Program-made: the position numbers and the translations under genes
Shown here: one piece after another, positions 35,791 through 47,200 of the stretch
Numbering within the stretch: the first letter of the stretch is position 1
Layout of the letters: every line of letters starts with the position of its first letter
Source: Klebsormidium nitens
Taxonomy: Eukaryota; Plantae; Klebsormidiophyceae
Length of the DNA: 64,000 nucleotides
Assembly (NCBI GenBank): GCA_000708835.1
Contig: DF237121.1
Location: forward strand, 1 to 64,000
Reading direction: 5' to 3'
Notes under the pieces: generated by a model
Seen by the model: the letters and a program-made list of their open reading frames with translations, nothing else
Told to the model about the DNA's origin: nothing
Database searches by the model: none

Positions 35791-38700
35791 TCATCTTCTT
35801 TTCTCTACTTGCACGCTCTGTCCATCCTCTTCCTCCTCCGCTCTTTCGCCGCCCTTCTCAGCTTCCGCTTCCGTTTCCGTTTCCGTTTCCGCTTCCACTT
35901 TCTCCCCTTCCCCTGTCTCTCTTCGCGGGCGACTCACCCACACCCCCTTTTTCCGCATCTTCTCGATCCACTTTGCCCGCAGTTCGTTCATCACGTCTCG
36001 GGCGTCCAGCACCTCCTGAGACTCCGCTATGAGGTCGCCGGCAATCAGCAGCTTGGCCCAGTGCGTCATCAGGCCGCTGGCAACGAAGTGGTTCTGGTTG
36101 ACCATCTCCTTTGCAAGCGCGACGAGCTTTTCTGGCCGGGCGTCTCGTAGATACATTTCGGCAATCCTGGTAAGAATCAGAGATGTTTTCGTGAGTAACG
36201 AGAGAGACGAAGCAATACTGTGTGCCTTCGACTTTTCGTTTGCGAAGTCGCCGCTGTGATGCAACTTGGAGGAAACGCAGGCGCAAGGGGCCCGAGCAGC
36301 CTACCGTGCCAGTCCGAGTCCAGTCAGGGGCAAATTAAGATGCAAGGTATATCAACACCAGAAGAGCAGAGTGCAATGAGAAAAGCCGTTGCATAAGATC
36401 ACTCAAGAGATACATACTCGACAACTGGATCAGCAAAACGGAGAAATTACTACCGCAGCAAAATGAGTGGGCTAACGCGATGGACTCGCGGGATGTGGGC
36501 AACGAGATTGCGATAAAGCGGACAAAGGCAGGTGCGAGCTATGAGACGAATGCAGTCAATTAAAACCTTCGCAAGTTACGGGAATGGAAGGAATGGCAAT
36601 CACAAATCCTGCAACTCTAGTTTCGCACCATGTAGCGGAGAGTCTTGAAGCGTCCAATACCAAAGGCAAAGGCGGTGGATAGCGACGAAGTTGGACCGAA
36701 GAGCAGCTCGAGACCAGAAATAGCAATACGCTCTTGCACTTTGGTTCGCTTCTCGCTCATCGAAGGTTTTCTTCAGTGTGACAGGTTACGGGCTCCCGTC
36801 TTTCTGCGAGTCTGAGATGAGCATGTCGCTCACTCGAGGATAAATTACATTCTGTGAGTCTTGTAAGAAGGAAGTGGTTCCGAAACTCCTCGAAGGCTTT
36901 TCCGAGCAATACTTTCAACGTCCTGCATCTCACGTCGAAGCCTGTAGTGTTTTTTGCGGGACTAATGTCAGCAAACCGCTGGCGAACGAGAGAACGAGGC
37001 CGACTCTCGAACAAAAAAAGGAAGCTTCTGGCTCCTCTGGAGCCTTCTCGCGCAATACTGTGTTTCTCGCCGCAGAAAAAGGTAAAATTCGCAATGGTTC
37101 GCAAAAGGAAACGGATCTTCATTCCTCAGAAGCCTTGCTCGGGCGTTAGTGCGACGTCCTGCGATTCGGGCCGCGCCCCACGAAGCTCTTCATCAAAATC
37201 GGCAGAGTGTCAAGAAAAGCGAACCGATCCCGGACTTCAACCAACAAAGGAAAGGGTTCCTTACTCCTCGAAGGCTTTTTCGGGGAGAACTGAGACGTTC
37301 TGAGATTCTCGCCGCGCCCTACAATGCCCTTCGTGGAAATTAGCAGAGTGTCGAGAAAAACGAATCAATCCCGGACGTGTAATAGCAGGGAAGGGTTCCT
37401 CACTTCTCAAAGGCTTTTTCGGGGAGGACCGAGACGTCCTGCGTCTCTCGCCGCGTCCTGCAGTGATTTTCAGGAGAACCTGAAGATATCCGGCGGAACA
37501 AAAACGATCTCCATTTCTTTGAAAAGAAAGGAAAGAGTTCCTCAGTCCTCAATGGTTTTTTCGGGGAGGACTGAGACGTCCCGCGTGTCCCGCTGCGCCC
37601 TACAAAGTTCTTCTTGAAAATTAGCGAAGTGTACACAACACCGGACCAATCCCAAAATCGAAAAACAAAGGGAAGGGTTCCTCACTCCTCAAAGGCTTTT
37701 TCGGGGAGGACGGAGACGTCCTGCGTTTCCCGCTGCGCCCTGCGATGCTCTTGGTGCAAACGAGCAGATTGCTGACGAGACCAAATCAATACCGATTGTT
37801 TTTTGAATACAAAGGAAAGCATTCCTCACTCCTCAAAGGCTTTTTCGGGGAGGACCGAGACGTCCTGCGACTCTCGCCGCGCCCGGAAGTAGTCCGCCAG
37901 CACCTCTTCCACTTCGGCGACCCGGTTGGCCAACGCCAGCCGTTGGATGACGTCAGAGAGGATGCCCGCGTGGAATTCGCCCTCGAACTCCCGTCCAGCC
38001 AAGTACGCCTGCAGGGTTCGCAAATGGGTTACTGCATTTAGATTCTTTTGCCTGTGCCGTAACCCGAAAGCTTGACTGGCTTCTCTCCTTCACCTGCGCA
38101 AGTTGGTAACATGTTAGGAAAAAATGCCCCGTATAAAACTGGCCCCTAAACTCGCTTCCGGCCAGGTACACCTGCCGAGACCAGGACAGAGTCAGTGCAT
38201 ATATACTCTTTTGCTTAGGCTTTGCCACGCGTTGATGATCCAAATCTGCTTCCTACTGCGCAGGGCATTGCTCCGTCCTGTCGTGTTTAAATCCTCCCAA
38301 CCAATTTCACGCACGCAGACCGATTTAGAAGCGCAGTCTTTTCTTTTTCAAGCCGAGAACGGACTGCCAGCTTGCATACACGGTTCAACGAAAGAAAACA
38401 AGTTAGCCCCATGGAAGAGCTCATCCAATGATCACCTTTAAAAATCCTTCTGCAACACATTTTCCCGCCAGAATGGTCAGCAGAATTGAAGACGGTTCTG
38501 AAGATGCGCTTGAGGTCAGCACAACTGAAGACGGTTTTAAAGATGCGCGTGAGGAACTATCACACTCCACGGAAGGCCCACCTCAAACACGAGTTCCGAT
38601 GAATTCAGCTCTGCATACACATTCTTAATCAGCATCCCTGCCAAATCGTCAGCAGAATCGGGATGAAATCAAGCTTGGAGCAATAAGACTTGAAGGAAAC

Positions 38701-41700
38701 CCCACCTGATACATGAGCTCCGTTTGGTTCAGCTTCGCATAGACATTCTTGATCAGCATCGATTGCACCGACAAGCTCCGCCTGTGCGGCCCCTCGATCG
38801 CCTGCAGCGTGCGGTACGCCTCGAGCCCCGTCTGCACTTTCTCCGTCGTCTTCAGAACGTACGCGAGCGCGCCGTCGAGCCGCACGCCTAGTTCTTCTTG
38901 CCTGTCCGCGAGTTGCTGCGCTTCGGCGATGAACCCAGCGTGGATCAACGTCCTGAAACCACGAGGTTAGCTGTCAGGTTTGAGTTTGACAATAAAAATC
39001 AGGGTTAAGATAATTGGGGTTGAAGGCTTTGATCAGCGCGCCGTCGAGCCGCACGCCTAGTTGTTTCTGCCTGTCCGCGAGTTGCTGCGCTTCGGCTATG
39101 ATCCCAGCATGGATCAACGTCCTGCAGTAGCGAATCTAGGCAACTTCTGGATCCGGTCTGTGAATTTCAGGGTTACAATTTTCCGCGTTAAAGACCAATT
39201 CTGCGCGTCGTAGAGCCGCACGCCTAGTTGTTCCTGCCTGTCCGCGAATTGCTAGTTACGAATCTAATGTGGATCAACGTCCTGCAAAAGGGAGGTTAAG
39301 CTTTGTCAGATTCTGGATCCGGCGTGTAATCCTTAGGGTTAAACATGTCGATTAAAGACCAATTCTGCGCGTCGTCGAGCCGCACGCCTAGTTCCTCTTG
39401 CCGGTCCGCGAGTTGCTGGGCTTCGGCGATGACTCCAGCGTGGATCAACGTCCTGCAAAGTCGGGGTTGGGTTTCAGAATTTAAATACGACGCTGAGAAG
39501 ATTTAGAATGAAGATCGTCAGTGCTAAGATTGTCAGGGTTCGGGGCTACGAGTAGGGCGCCATCGAGCCCCTCGCCCGGTTCCTCATCTGTCTGCGAGTT
39601 GTTGCGCCTCAGCTACGAGACCGTAGTGAATCGACGTTCTGTAAACACAAGATTGGCTCTTATAAGTTTGATTTAACGTTTGAGTTCAGAGTTGGGAGTG
39701 TCAGGGTTAAGGGCTACGATCAAGGTGCCTTCAAAGCGCACGCCCTAGTTCGTTGTGCCGGTCTGCGAGCTGCTGCGCTTTGGCTACGAATCCAGCGTGG
39801 ATCAGCGTCCTGCAAAAGTCGGGATTGGGTTTCAGAAGCTCAATCTGACGCTCAGGATTCAGAAGGAGGATCTTCAAAGTTAAGATTGTAAGAGTTCAGA
39901 AACATGAATAGGGCGCCGTCGAGCCCCAAGCCTGATTCTTCCTCTGTCTGCGATTGGTTGCGCCTCAGCTGCGAGCGAGCCCGGAGTGAATCAGCGTCCT
40001 GTGAACAACAAATTGGCCCGTATGATTCCTTTCGCCGTTTCGATTCAAGATTAGGATTGTCAGGGTCAAGGGCCACGATCAACGTGCCTTCGAGCCGCAC
40101 GCCTGTTTGTTTGTTTGCATGAGACTGCCAGCTCCTTTGACACTGGAATTTGACGTGCAGAGAACAGGATTCGGTGGGAAAACTGGCCACGTGCTTGAGC
40201 ATAGAACTAGCATGAGACCCTCACATATTTTGATACTAAATCGAAAACAGAGAATTTGAAAACTGGTTTCTGTACCTGAGCATTGAAACCAATGTTAGCA
40301 CCCCCAGCGCTTGGAGTCCCCCCTCCGGCTCCAAAATCTCCTGCACGATCACCCGCGCCTCCTCCGTTCTTCCGATCGTCGAGAGCGCCTGTATCAGCCG
40401 GTTCGCGACGCGCGAGGGCTCCTTATACTTCATGCTCCGGATCTCTTCCACGGTCACACCCGACTCCAGAAGCGCGACGAACGCCGGCCGTTGATTCAGC
40501 TCGTTCCCCGTCTGCTCGACCCAGCTCTTGTAGAACGCGTGGATCTCGTCGCGCGGGCGCCGCAGCTCGTGCATCGCGCGCACGACCATGTCGGCAGCTT
40601 TCATGCGCATCGGCCAGCGGTTCGCCTGGGCTTCCTCGTACATCGGGACGATTTTCTCGGGCATGTTGGAGTGGAGGCACGCGCCGAGAAACTGCTGGAC
40701 GACCATGTCGTTGCCTTTGGCGGCAAGAGAGCGGTACCTAGTGGAAGATATTGATTGAGTGTCATTCTTTTGAATCCTCTGGTCTTCTACTTTGATCGGT
40801 CATTCCTGTTGCCTTGGAACGGGTCATTTAGAGCGGGACGTAAATTAGAAGGCATGGCCTGGGGAGAAGAAGCTTGAATCTATTCTCGCTTTTCGATTGA
40901 ATCCTTCGTCCGTGTTTATTCCAAGAGCCTGGAATGAGGGTGAACGGGTACAACAAAAGTCAAGCTTGACAAAGAAAAATTCGAGAGATAAAAGCTGGAT
41001 GTAAGACCACAAGCGAGAGAAAAAGGCTTAATCACATACGACAAGATTTTGCCATATTCAACTTTGATTGTTGAGGACGAAACTTCTTGGTGACGTGAAT
41101 GATCATGAAGAGTCCTCAGAAGAAGCCCCAAACTCTGGTATACTCAGGACTTGAGGAAAGGAACTTTGAAAACTTCAGGCTCGACCAGCCGCTACCAAAT
41201 ACAGATTCGGAATCTGCAACACTTCAAATCAGCAGGAGAGCGGTGCTGAGATCATTGTCTATCTACGACAAGCGAAAACTGCAGTCTACGAGCGTGCAAT
41301 TGCAGGAACATCAGAAGTGCAAATGAAATTCAACTACTCATGCATCCTGTCTGCGTCGATGGAGTATCAAAATTGGAAGAATTGCCCCACTCTCCTGTAA
41401 TTTCTGTATCAGTCATTGTTTATGAAGCGTTGGGTGTTCTTCGTAAGAAGCATGTCAATAGAAAGTGTGTATGATCCTCCTGATAGCAAGTTTATTCATC
41501 TCCTGTCGAGGAGGGAAAGCAGCGTCAGAGGTGCGCTCTCTGAAATTGTAAGTTGACTCCAATCCGTCATGATCGCAGATTGACTAATGTTTTAAAAACG
41601 CCGCCAGGGCGCCAGAACCGCTTACTTCCCCCACAAAACCACACTCTGATCTCCATCCCTATGTTCCTTTTCCTCATTGCAAAGAACAGCGCCAAGGCTA

Positions 41701-42695
41701 CTGACTTCTACAACAAGCCCACATTCCCACTTGAACATCTCTCTTCTGAAAGGATAGCGCGACCTTGTCCCCCATGTAACATTCTCATCACGACAATTTC
41801 ATTGAACTCTGGTAAAGAGAAAACAGCCCAGGATTGCTTACTTCTCCCACAAGCCCATGATCTCATCCCCCATCCCCGCCGCCGCCAGCACTTGCAGCAG
41901 CGGATCCAACAAATCCTCCAGCGGATCCTTCTTAGCCCCGGTATCCCGTCGCAGCCACCACTCAAACGCATTCAACGCCCGCCTCGCGTCATCTTGCGAG
42001 CACCGATACTGCGGGCCTTCGTCCGCCTCCTCCCCCTCGATGGTGACCCTACGAGCCCGCCCTGGCCCCTTTGCGATCTGGAAGATGACTGCTCGCAGCG
42101 CGCGAACGTCAATGTCCTTTCCGTTTAGTTTCCCGTCCGGTAGCTGAGCATCCAAGTCCACGTCCGGGGCCCACCGCCTGAGGGCATTCAAGAGCTTCCC
42201 GCGCATCTCGAGCCGGGACCGTGCCGACGGCCGGCGCGGTTTTTGTCCCCGATCACTTTGCGGTGGCGTCCGTTCTCGCGGCCGCTCAACGTCTTCCCAC
42301 GAAATGTCCTTCCGCTCACCCTTCTCCTGCTGCAATGCCGTCTGATCGCTTTCTTCAACATTCCCTTCTGCAAACTCTTCGTTGCTTTCCCGGCCACCCG
42401 CCTCACTTACTGCTGCCGCCGCGTCAGTACCCAAAGTTCGAAAGTGGACAGAAGGTTTCACTGCATTGGCCACCCTACCATTACCACCAGAGCGTTGCAA
42501 TGGGGGAAGAGAAAGGAGCAAGCAACTCTCTTCCAATTGCGACCCAGTGCCCTCTGCGTAAACGCTGTCTGTCACGTTGCATTCCGCTAGCAATTGACCG
42601 GGTTCTGCCTGAAAAGCGGCGACGCTGGCAGGCCTGAGAACCTGCTGAACCAGCCTGCCCAGGCCCAGCGTGCGAGCACCCAAATGCAGCGCCAT
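35791..42695 (-). CDS. PPR-like helical-repeat protein, probably organelle-targeted, ~705 aa
   Basis: Five exons in phase: 41842-42695, 40276-40737, 38706-38952, 37830-38008, 35791-36166. ~35-aa helix-turn-helix segments (ANRLIQALSTIGRTEEARVIVQEI; VSMLRTLIHAGFIAEAQQLADRQEELGVRLD; SDVIQRLALANRVAEVEEVL). Basic N-terminal presequence and acidic tail. The gene model is more certain than the PPR label. Confidence 0.7.
36800..37760 (-). repeat. tandem array of exon-4 end plus splice donor (PPR-like intron 4)
   Basis: GACGTCTCGGTCCTCCCCGAAAAAGCCTTTGAGGA|GTGAGG unit at 37829 (real), 37685, 37545, 37403, 37264 and ~37122 (spacing 139-144 bp), plus more decayed copies near 37030 and 36885. Confidence 0.9.
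38040..38190 (-). repeat. single degenerate copy of exon-4 acceptor plus start (PPR-like intron 3)
   Basis: CGGCAG|GTGTACCTGGCCGGAAGCGAGTTTAGGGGCCAG (VYLAGSEFRGQF) vs real CTGCAG|GCGTACTTGGCTGGACGGGAGTTCGAGGGCGAA (AYLAGREFEGEF); offset 163 bp. Confidence 0.75.
39030..40110 (-). repeat. tandem array of exon-3 acceptor plus first ~90 nt (PPR-like intron 2)
   Basis: Acceptors at 38953 (real), 39122, 39282, 39453, 39639, 39810 and 39999 (spacing 160-189 bp), all retaining CAG, plus a partial copy at ~40080-40105. Confidence 0.92.
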
Positions 42696-42774
42696 GATGG
42701 AGAGAATCTGATCGCAACGCTGAAAAGAACTGGAAATTGGGATGTTCCCTGTTCTCTTTTCAGCTAGAGTCCAT

Positions 42775-42851
42775 TAGGGTTTTGAGTCGCACTCATGCAT
42801 ACTATCAAGTTCATGCATGAGCGCACGCAAAAGAATGCCTTAAAAACCCTA
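42775..42851. promoter_or_regulatory. two telo-box (AAACCCTA) motifs upstream of the PPR-like gene
   Basis: TAGGGTTT at 42775-42782 and AAACCCTA at 42844-42851, 80-156 bp upstream of the ATG. Function here is inferred from the land-plant telo-box. Confidence 0.4.
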
Positions 42852-44290
42852 ATCGTCTGAATCTTTTAACTATTTAAGAGTAAATCCCAAATACTTGAAG
42901 CGATCTCCAGAACAGCGCTCAGCTCTGGTCATGCAGTCTGCATGTTCCACAGCGTCGTTCTACCGTCTAGCTTCTCATGCCAGCTACCTATAGGCTTCTT
43001 TGATCTACCGCGTAGTGACTTTCTATACATACTGCATCAATACATCACATTACCGTCTCGAGTCATGCATCATGTTCACATCGCTTCATTGAATACGTTA
43101 TCACGGTGTTGCGGGACAGCTTATGGCCACATGCGCATCCACGAACTTCATGGCGGCAATGGCCTTCGTATACTATTAATTGTTGCATGGTCGCGGATGG
43201 AGGAACATGAAATATAACAGACCGCGAATTCGGTGCTTAATTCCTCAATGATCATCATATATATATGATTTCCTTTTGATACTTGCATGCACTACTAGGT
43301 TGAGCTCAAACCTATATATAGCGCTTTAGTACGTACGTCGTGTCGTAAACACGGTGTGTATGTACCTGTATCACTATATACGTACATAGCGATCATGCAT
43401 ATGCATGATCGAGCTAGTTATATTCCTTGATCGACAATGCGCAAACGCCGATCGCGGTCCACTGCCGCGTTGAAAATCATGGTTAAAGATGCCACTGAGC
43501 GTTTAATCATACAGGCGGCCTATTACAGCGCGCCCGGCGCCGCCCATTTCAATCGAATCTTAAAAGAATTCACAATTGCCAGCCTGGTGGAATTGACCGG
43601 ATGGATTTAATATGGACTCAGTGGTCGGGTCGATATATTCATCGATCACGTTGGAAATAAACCAATAAACACTGACCGTCATGCACTGATAGCGGCAGAG
43701 GGCAACTTATTGCTAGCGCATGGGGGTTTTGATTGAATTGACGGCGGTTGCGGGCCAGTGGCGCCTATGGTCATGGCACGGTGAATGATCATGCATGATT
43801 GACTGGCGCCTCCGGGCATGGCAGATTATTTCGACGGTCAATCCAGACTTGAAACGTAATTGTACGATCAGCTCCGACGAGCGCGGAAGTTGAGAAAAGT
43901 TCGGGACAAAAATATTGGTCAGTATGCATCCACAAAAACTAAAGCAAAGCCTGGTCGTTGACCGGGCTCGGTAGTGGGGTGGTTTTGGTTTATCCTGAAA
44001 GTGGCCATCCTGCCGTAAGATGCCGATAGAGTCCCTCGCCCCTCATAACATGTTAGCTATACCAACCGTAGGGGCAAGCCTTTGTTATAAAAATGGTCGC
44101 AACATCAACCTAATCACGACGGCATGTCCAAATATCCGTTAGTCAAGTCACTCACAAAAATCATCAAGCCATCAAAGCACTCACAGTCTGTAAAGCTACT
44201 AACTTGTACGAAAATGCTTCTCGTTTATAAACAAACCTTACCTGAAGGTTTTAATCTTTCAAAACTTTGACAACTGCTGACTGTTCGAAC

Positions 44291-47200
44291 TCAATTCACG
44301 GACACTGCTGGGGCCTTATGCACGAATGCGTCCACGTACGACTTCCTGCAAAGCAAAAACAAAACAGGTTGGATGTGGTGATGAAGACTTTGGGACTATT
44401 TCGAACGGCGGTGGTGGGAGGTCGTCAAAGCAACAAAGTGATCTGAAGACACGAAACTTTCGCCAAACCTTTCGGACAAGATACTTCAAGGTCTGCGGCA
44501 GCATTTGTCACGAAAGCATAGGGAAAATCCAATCACGAAATGTTGACTGCGGCCAAACGGAGTAAGACGACGCAAAGGAGGATAGAGATAAGGACTAGAG
44601 ATTGAAAAGTTGCCGTTACCTGATGGGGTGATCATCCACCGGCCGGTTGATGGGAGTCCATACTGGCTCGCCAACAAACAGCCGCAGAGCCTGTACATGT
44701 AAAAGCGACGAATGACGTCAGCAATACATCATCTCAGTAGACGAGCGTGAAAGGTGTCTTGTTGCATGGGTTACCTGATGGACCGCAAATGATTATAGAA
44801 CCTGCCATACTCGTACAAGGCTGCTCATCAAAAGCGTGGAGGGTTGAGCAGAGAAACAGAAAGGAAGCACCTGAAAGAGCGCATCCTGTGGCCTGTAACA
44901 CCTCCGACCACAAACCGCAGAAACAATTACAATGGCCGCCGAGCAGGATTTGAAGTGCAATACGGTCCGTCCAACGACATAGTCCCCCAGGACACGCCAA
45001 TACGATTCAAAGCATCCTTTGAAAGGGCGTCAGCGAAAGAGGAGGCTGCGCGAATAACGAGAGGTAGTTTTCGGTGCTCCCACTATGATTGGGTAGCAAT
45101 ACTCCGAATAAGGACCTTAGCCATCACAGTCTCTCAAAGACAGTTTTGACCACTCCGCTGTGGCCGTCCCGCGGAATCCGTTCCGCTGTGGTCGTCCCGC
45201 CTCACCTTGATGTAGTTGTTCTCGTCGAGGGTGAAGCGGTGGTACATGCCCGCTGGCAGCACGATCATGTCGCCCTTCCGGACCAGGATGCGGATCCACT
45301 TGTCATTTGCGTCCCGGACATCAAAGTAGCCTGCCAGACGGAAGTATACGGTAATCAAAGACGACGTTAGGGAGATGGGCGACAGCCAGTGTCAAAATGT
45401 CGCCCTTCCGGACCAGGATGCGGACCCATTTGTCGTCCGCGTCCCGGACATCAAAGTAGCCTGCAATGACGGACAAAGTATTCATTCCCGGGCTTGCCTA
45501 GTTCCTGCGAGTTCGCTTTTGGCATCTTTCTTCTTTCGTGTGTACCAGGCTTCTTTCGTGTGTAGCAGGCAAAGTGGTGCTTGCTCACTAAAGAAGATAA
45601 AGGGGCGATAGCGAATGTCAAAAATAGAATCTGATTCTTTTTAGCAGAAACGAGCTGAAAAAGAAAGGTTTTTTTCGTCCGTATCCCGCAGATCGAAGTA
45701 GCCTGCCAGACAGAAGGATACGGTGAATAAAGACGACGTTAGGGATATGAGCGACAGCCAGTGTCAAAATGTCGCCCTCCCGGACCAGAATGCGGATCCA
45801 CTTGTCGGCCCGCGTCCCGGACATCGAAGTGGCCTACTAGTTTCTCAAATGTACAAAAGACAAACAATTTGTCGTCTACATCCCGCCCATCGAAGTAGCC
45901 TGCAAAGAAGGACAAGAGTCTAAGGTCATTGGAAAAGATGTTAGGGACACGGGCGACAGCCAGTGTCGAAAAAGAGGAGATTGTTTCTCCTTTGCAGAAA
46001 CGAGCTGACAGAAGAAACGTGTCGTCTGCGTCCCGGACGTCGAAGTAGCCTGCCAGACTGAAGTATAAGGTAATTAGGGATAAGGACGATCGCCAGTGTC
46101 AGATTGTCGCCCTTCCGGGCCAGGATGCGGATCCACTTTTCGGCCGCGTCACGACATCGAAGTAGCCTGCGAGGACAGACAGAATAATGAGGTCGTTTTT
46201 TGAGTCAGGATGCAGATCCATTTGTAGTCCGCGTCCCGCACATCGGAGTAGCCTGCGAGGACAGACGAAAGTAAAAGGTCATTGGAAAAGACGTTAGGGA
46301 CACGGGCGAAAGCCGATGTAAGAATACAGAATCTGTTTCTTCTTTGCAGAAACAAGCTCGAAGAAGACAAGAACTAGATATTCCGGCAAAAGTACTTGTT
46401 ATGTACCGAGGATTGCTTTCTAGCAAACGACTCGAATTCTTGGAGGGACGGGCAGGTAATCAAATTACGCCCACAACAAGGTAAACTGGTGTATGTCCTC
46501 TGGCAAGTACACTCGGTAGAAGCAATTCAAACTGAAGGCCTCTAATCCACCTGTGGCCGTCTCTTCAACCGATGGGTCTCACTGCAAAGAACCGGCTTGC
46601 CAAAAAGAACATGGTATGGCACGCAATAGGCTACAAGACACGTTCGAAAGGGAGACGAAACGAGCCTCACGCAAGGTGCTAAACCGCCATTCGCAGTTGT
46701 CAGCGTCTCTTCTCATCGTAATCCTCCTATAAACCGGAAACACGAGACCAACCAATGACCAGAAAGGACGAAGAAGCGAAGCGACGAACTGACAGACAGT
46801 GACGGACAAGCAGAATAAACCAACGGGAAAGTGGGTCGAGTACTTAACAAAGAACGGCGTCGCATAACAAGGCACTTACCACTGCCGTCAAGGCAGTACC
46901 GGATCTCCTCGTCGGTGTGAATGTGCTCCTCGAAGAAGCTCTTGATTTTGACCTCGTAGTTGGGCAGCTTGTCGGGGCTCACCGTGATGAGATCCTGCCA
47001 CATGGCAAAGAGACGTCAGAGAAAGCTTGAATAACGTGTCCAATGGCTTCGAAACGATACTTGACCAATGAAAAAACGGAGACGTCAAAATTGAGCCGAA
47101 GCTGTGGGACAATCTACATTGCAGGAGCAGAACAAGATCAGTTTCTCGAATCTCGATAAAAGCCTTAGTATTACTTCAATGAATTTTGAACATAGGTAGG

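Noticed and set aside
35673-35937. Extra intron and exon at the 3' end of the PPR-like gene using TGG|GTGAGT at 35937
   Set aside because: The downstream sequence is purine-rich with no good acceptor, and read-through gives a natural acidic tail ending at 35791. It cannot be fully excluded without cDNA.
40283-40754. Plus-strand ORFs opposite PPR-like exon 2 (likewise 33109-33459, 32566-32859, 41553-42128, 6565-7041)
   Set aside because: They are antisense shadows of GC-rich real exons.
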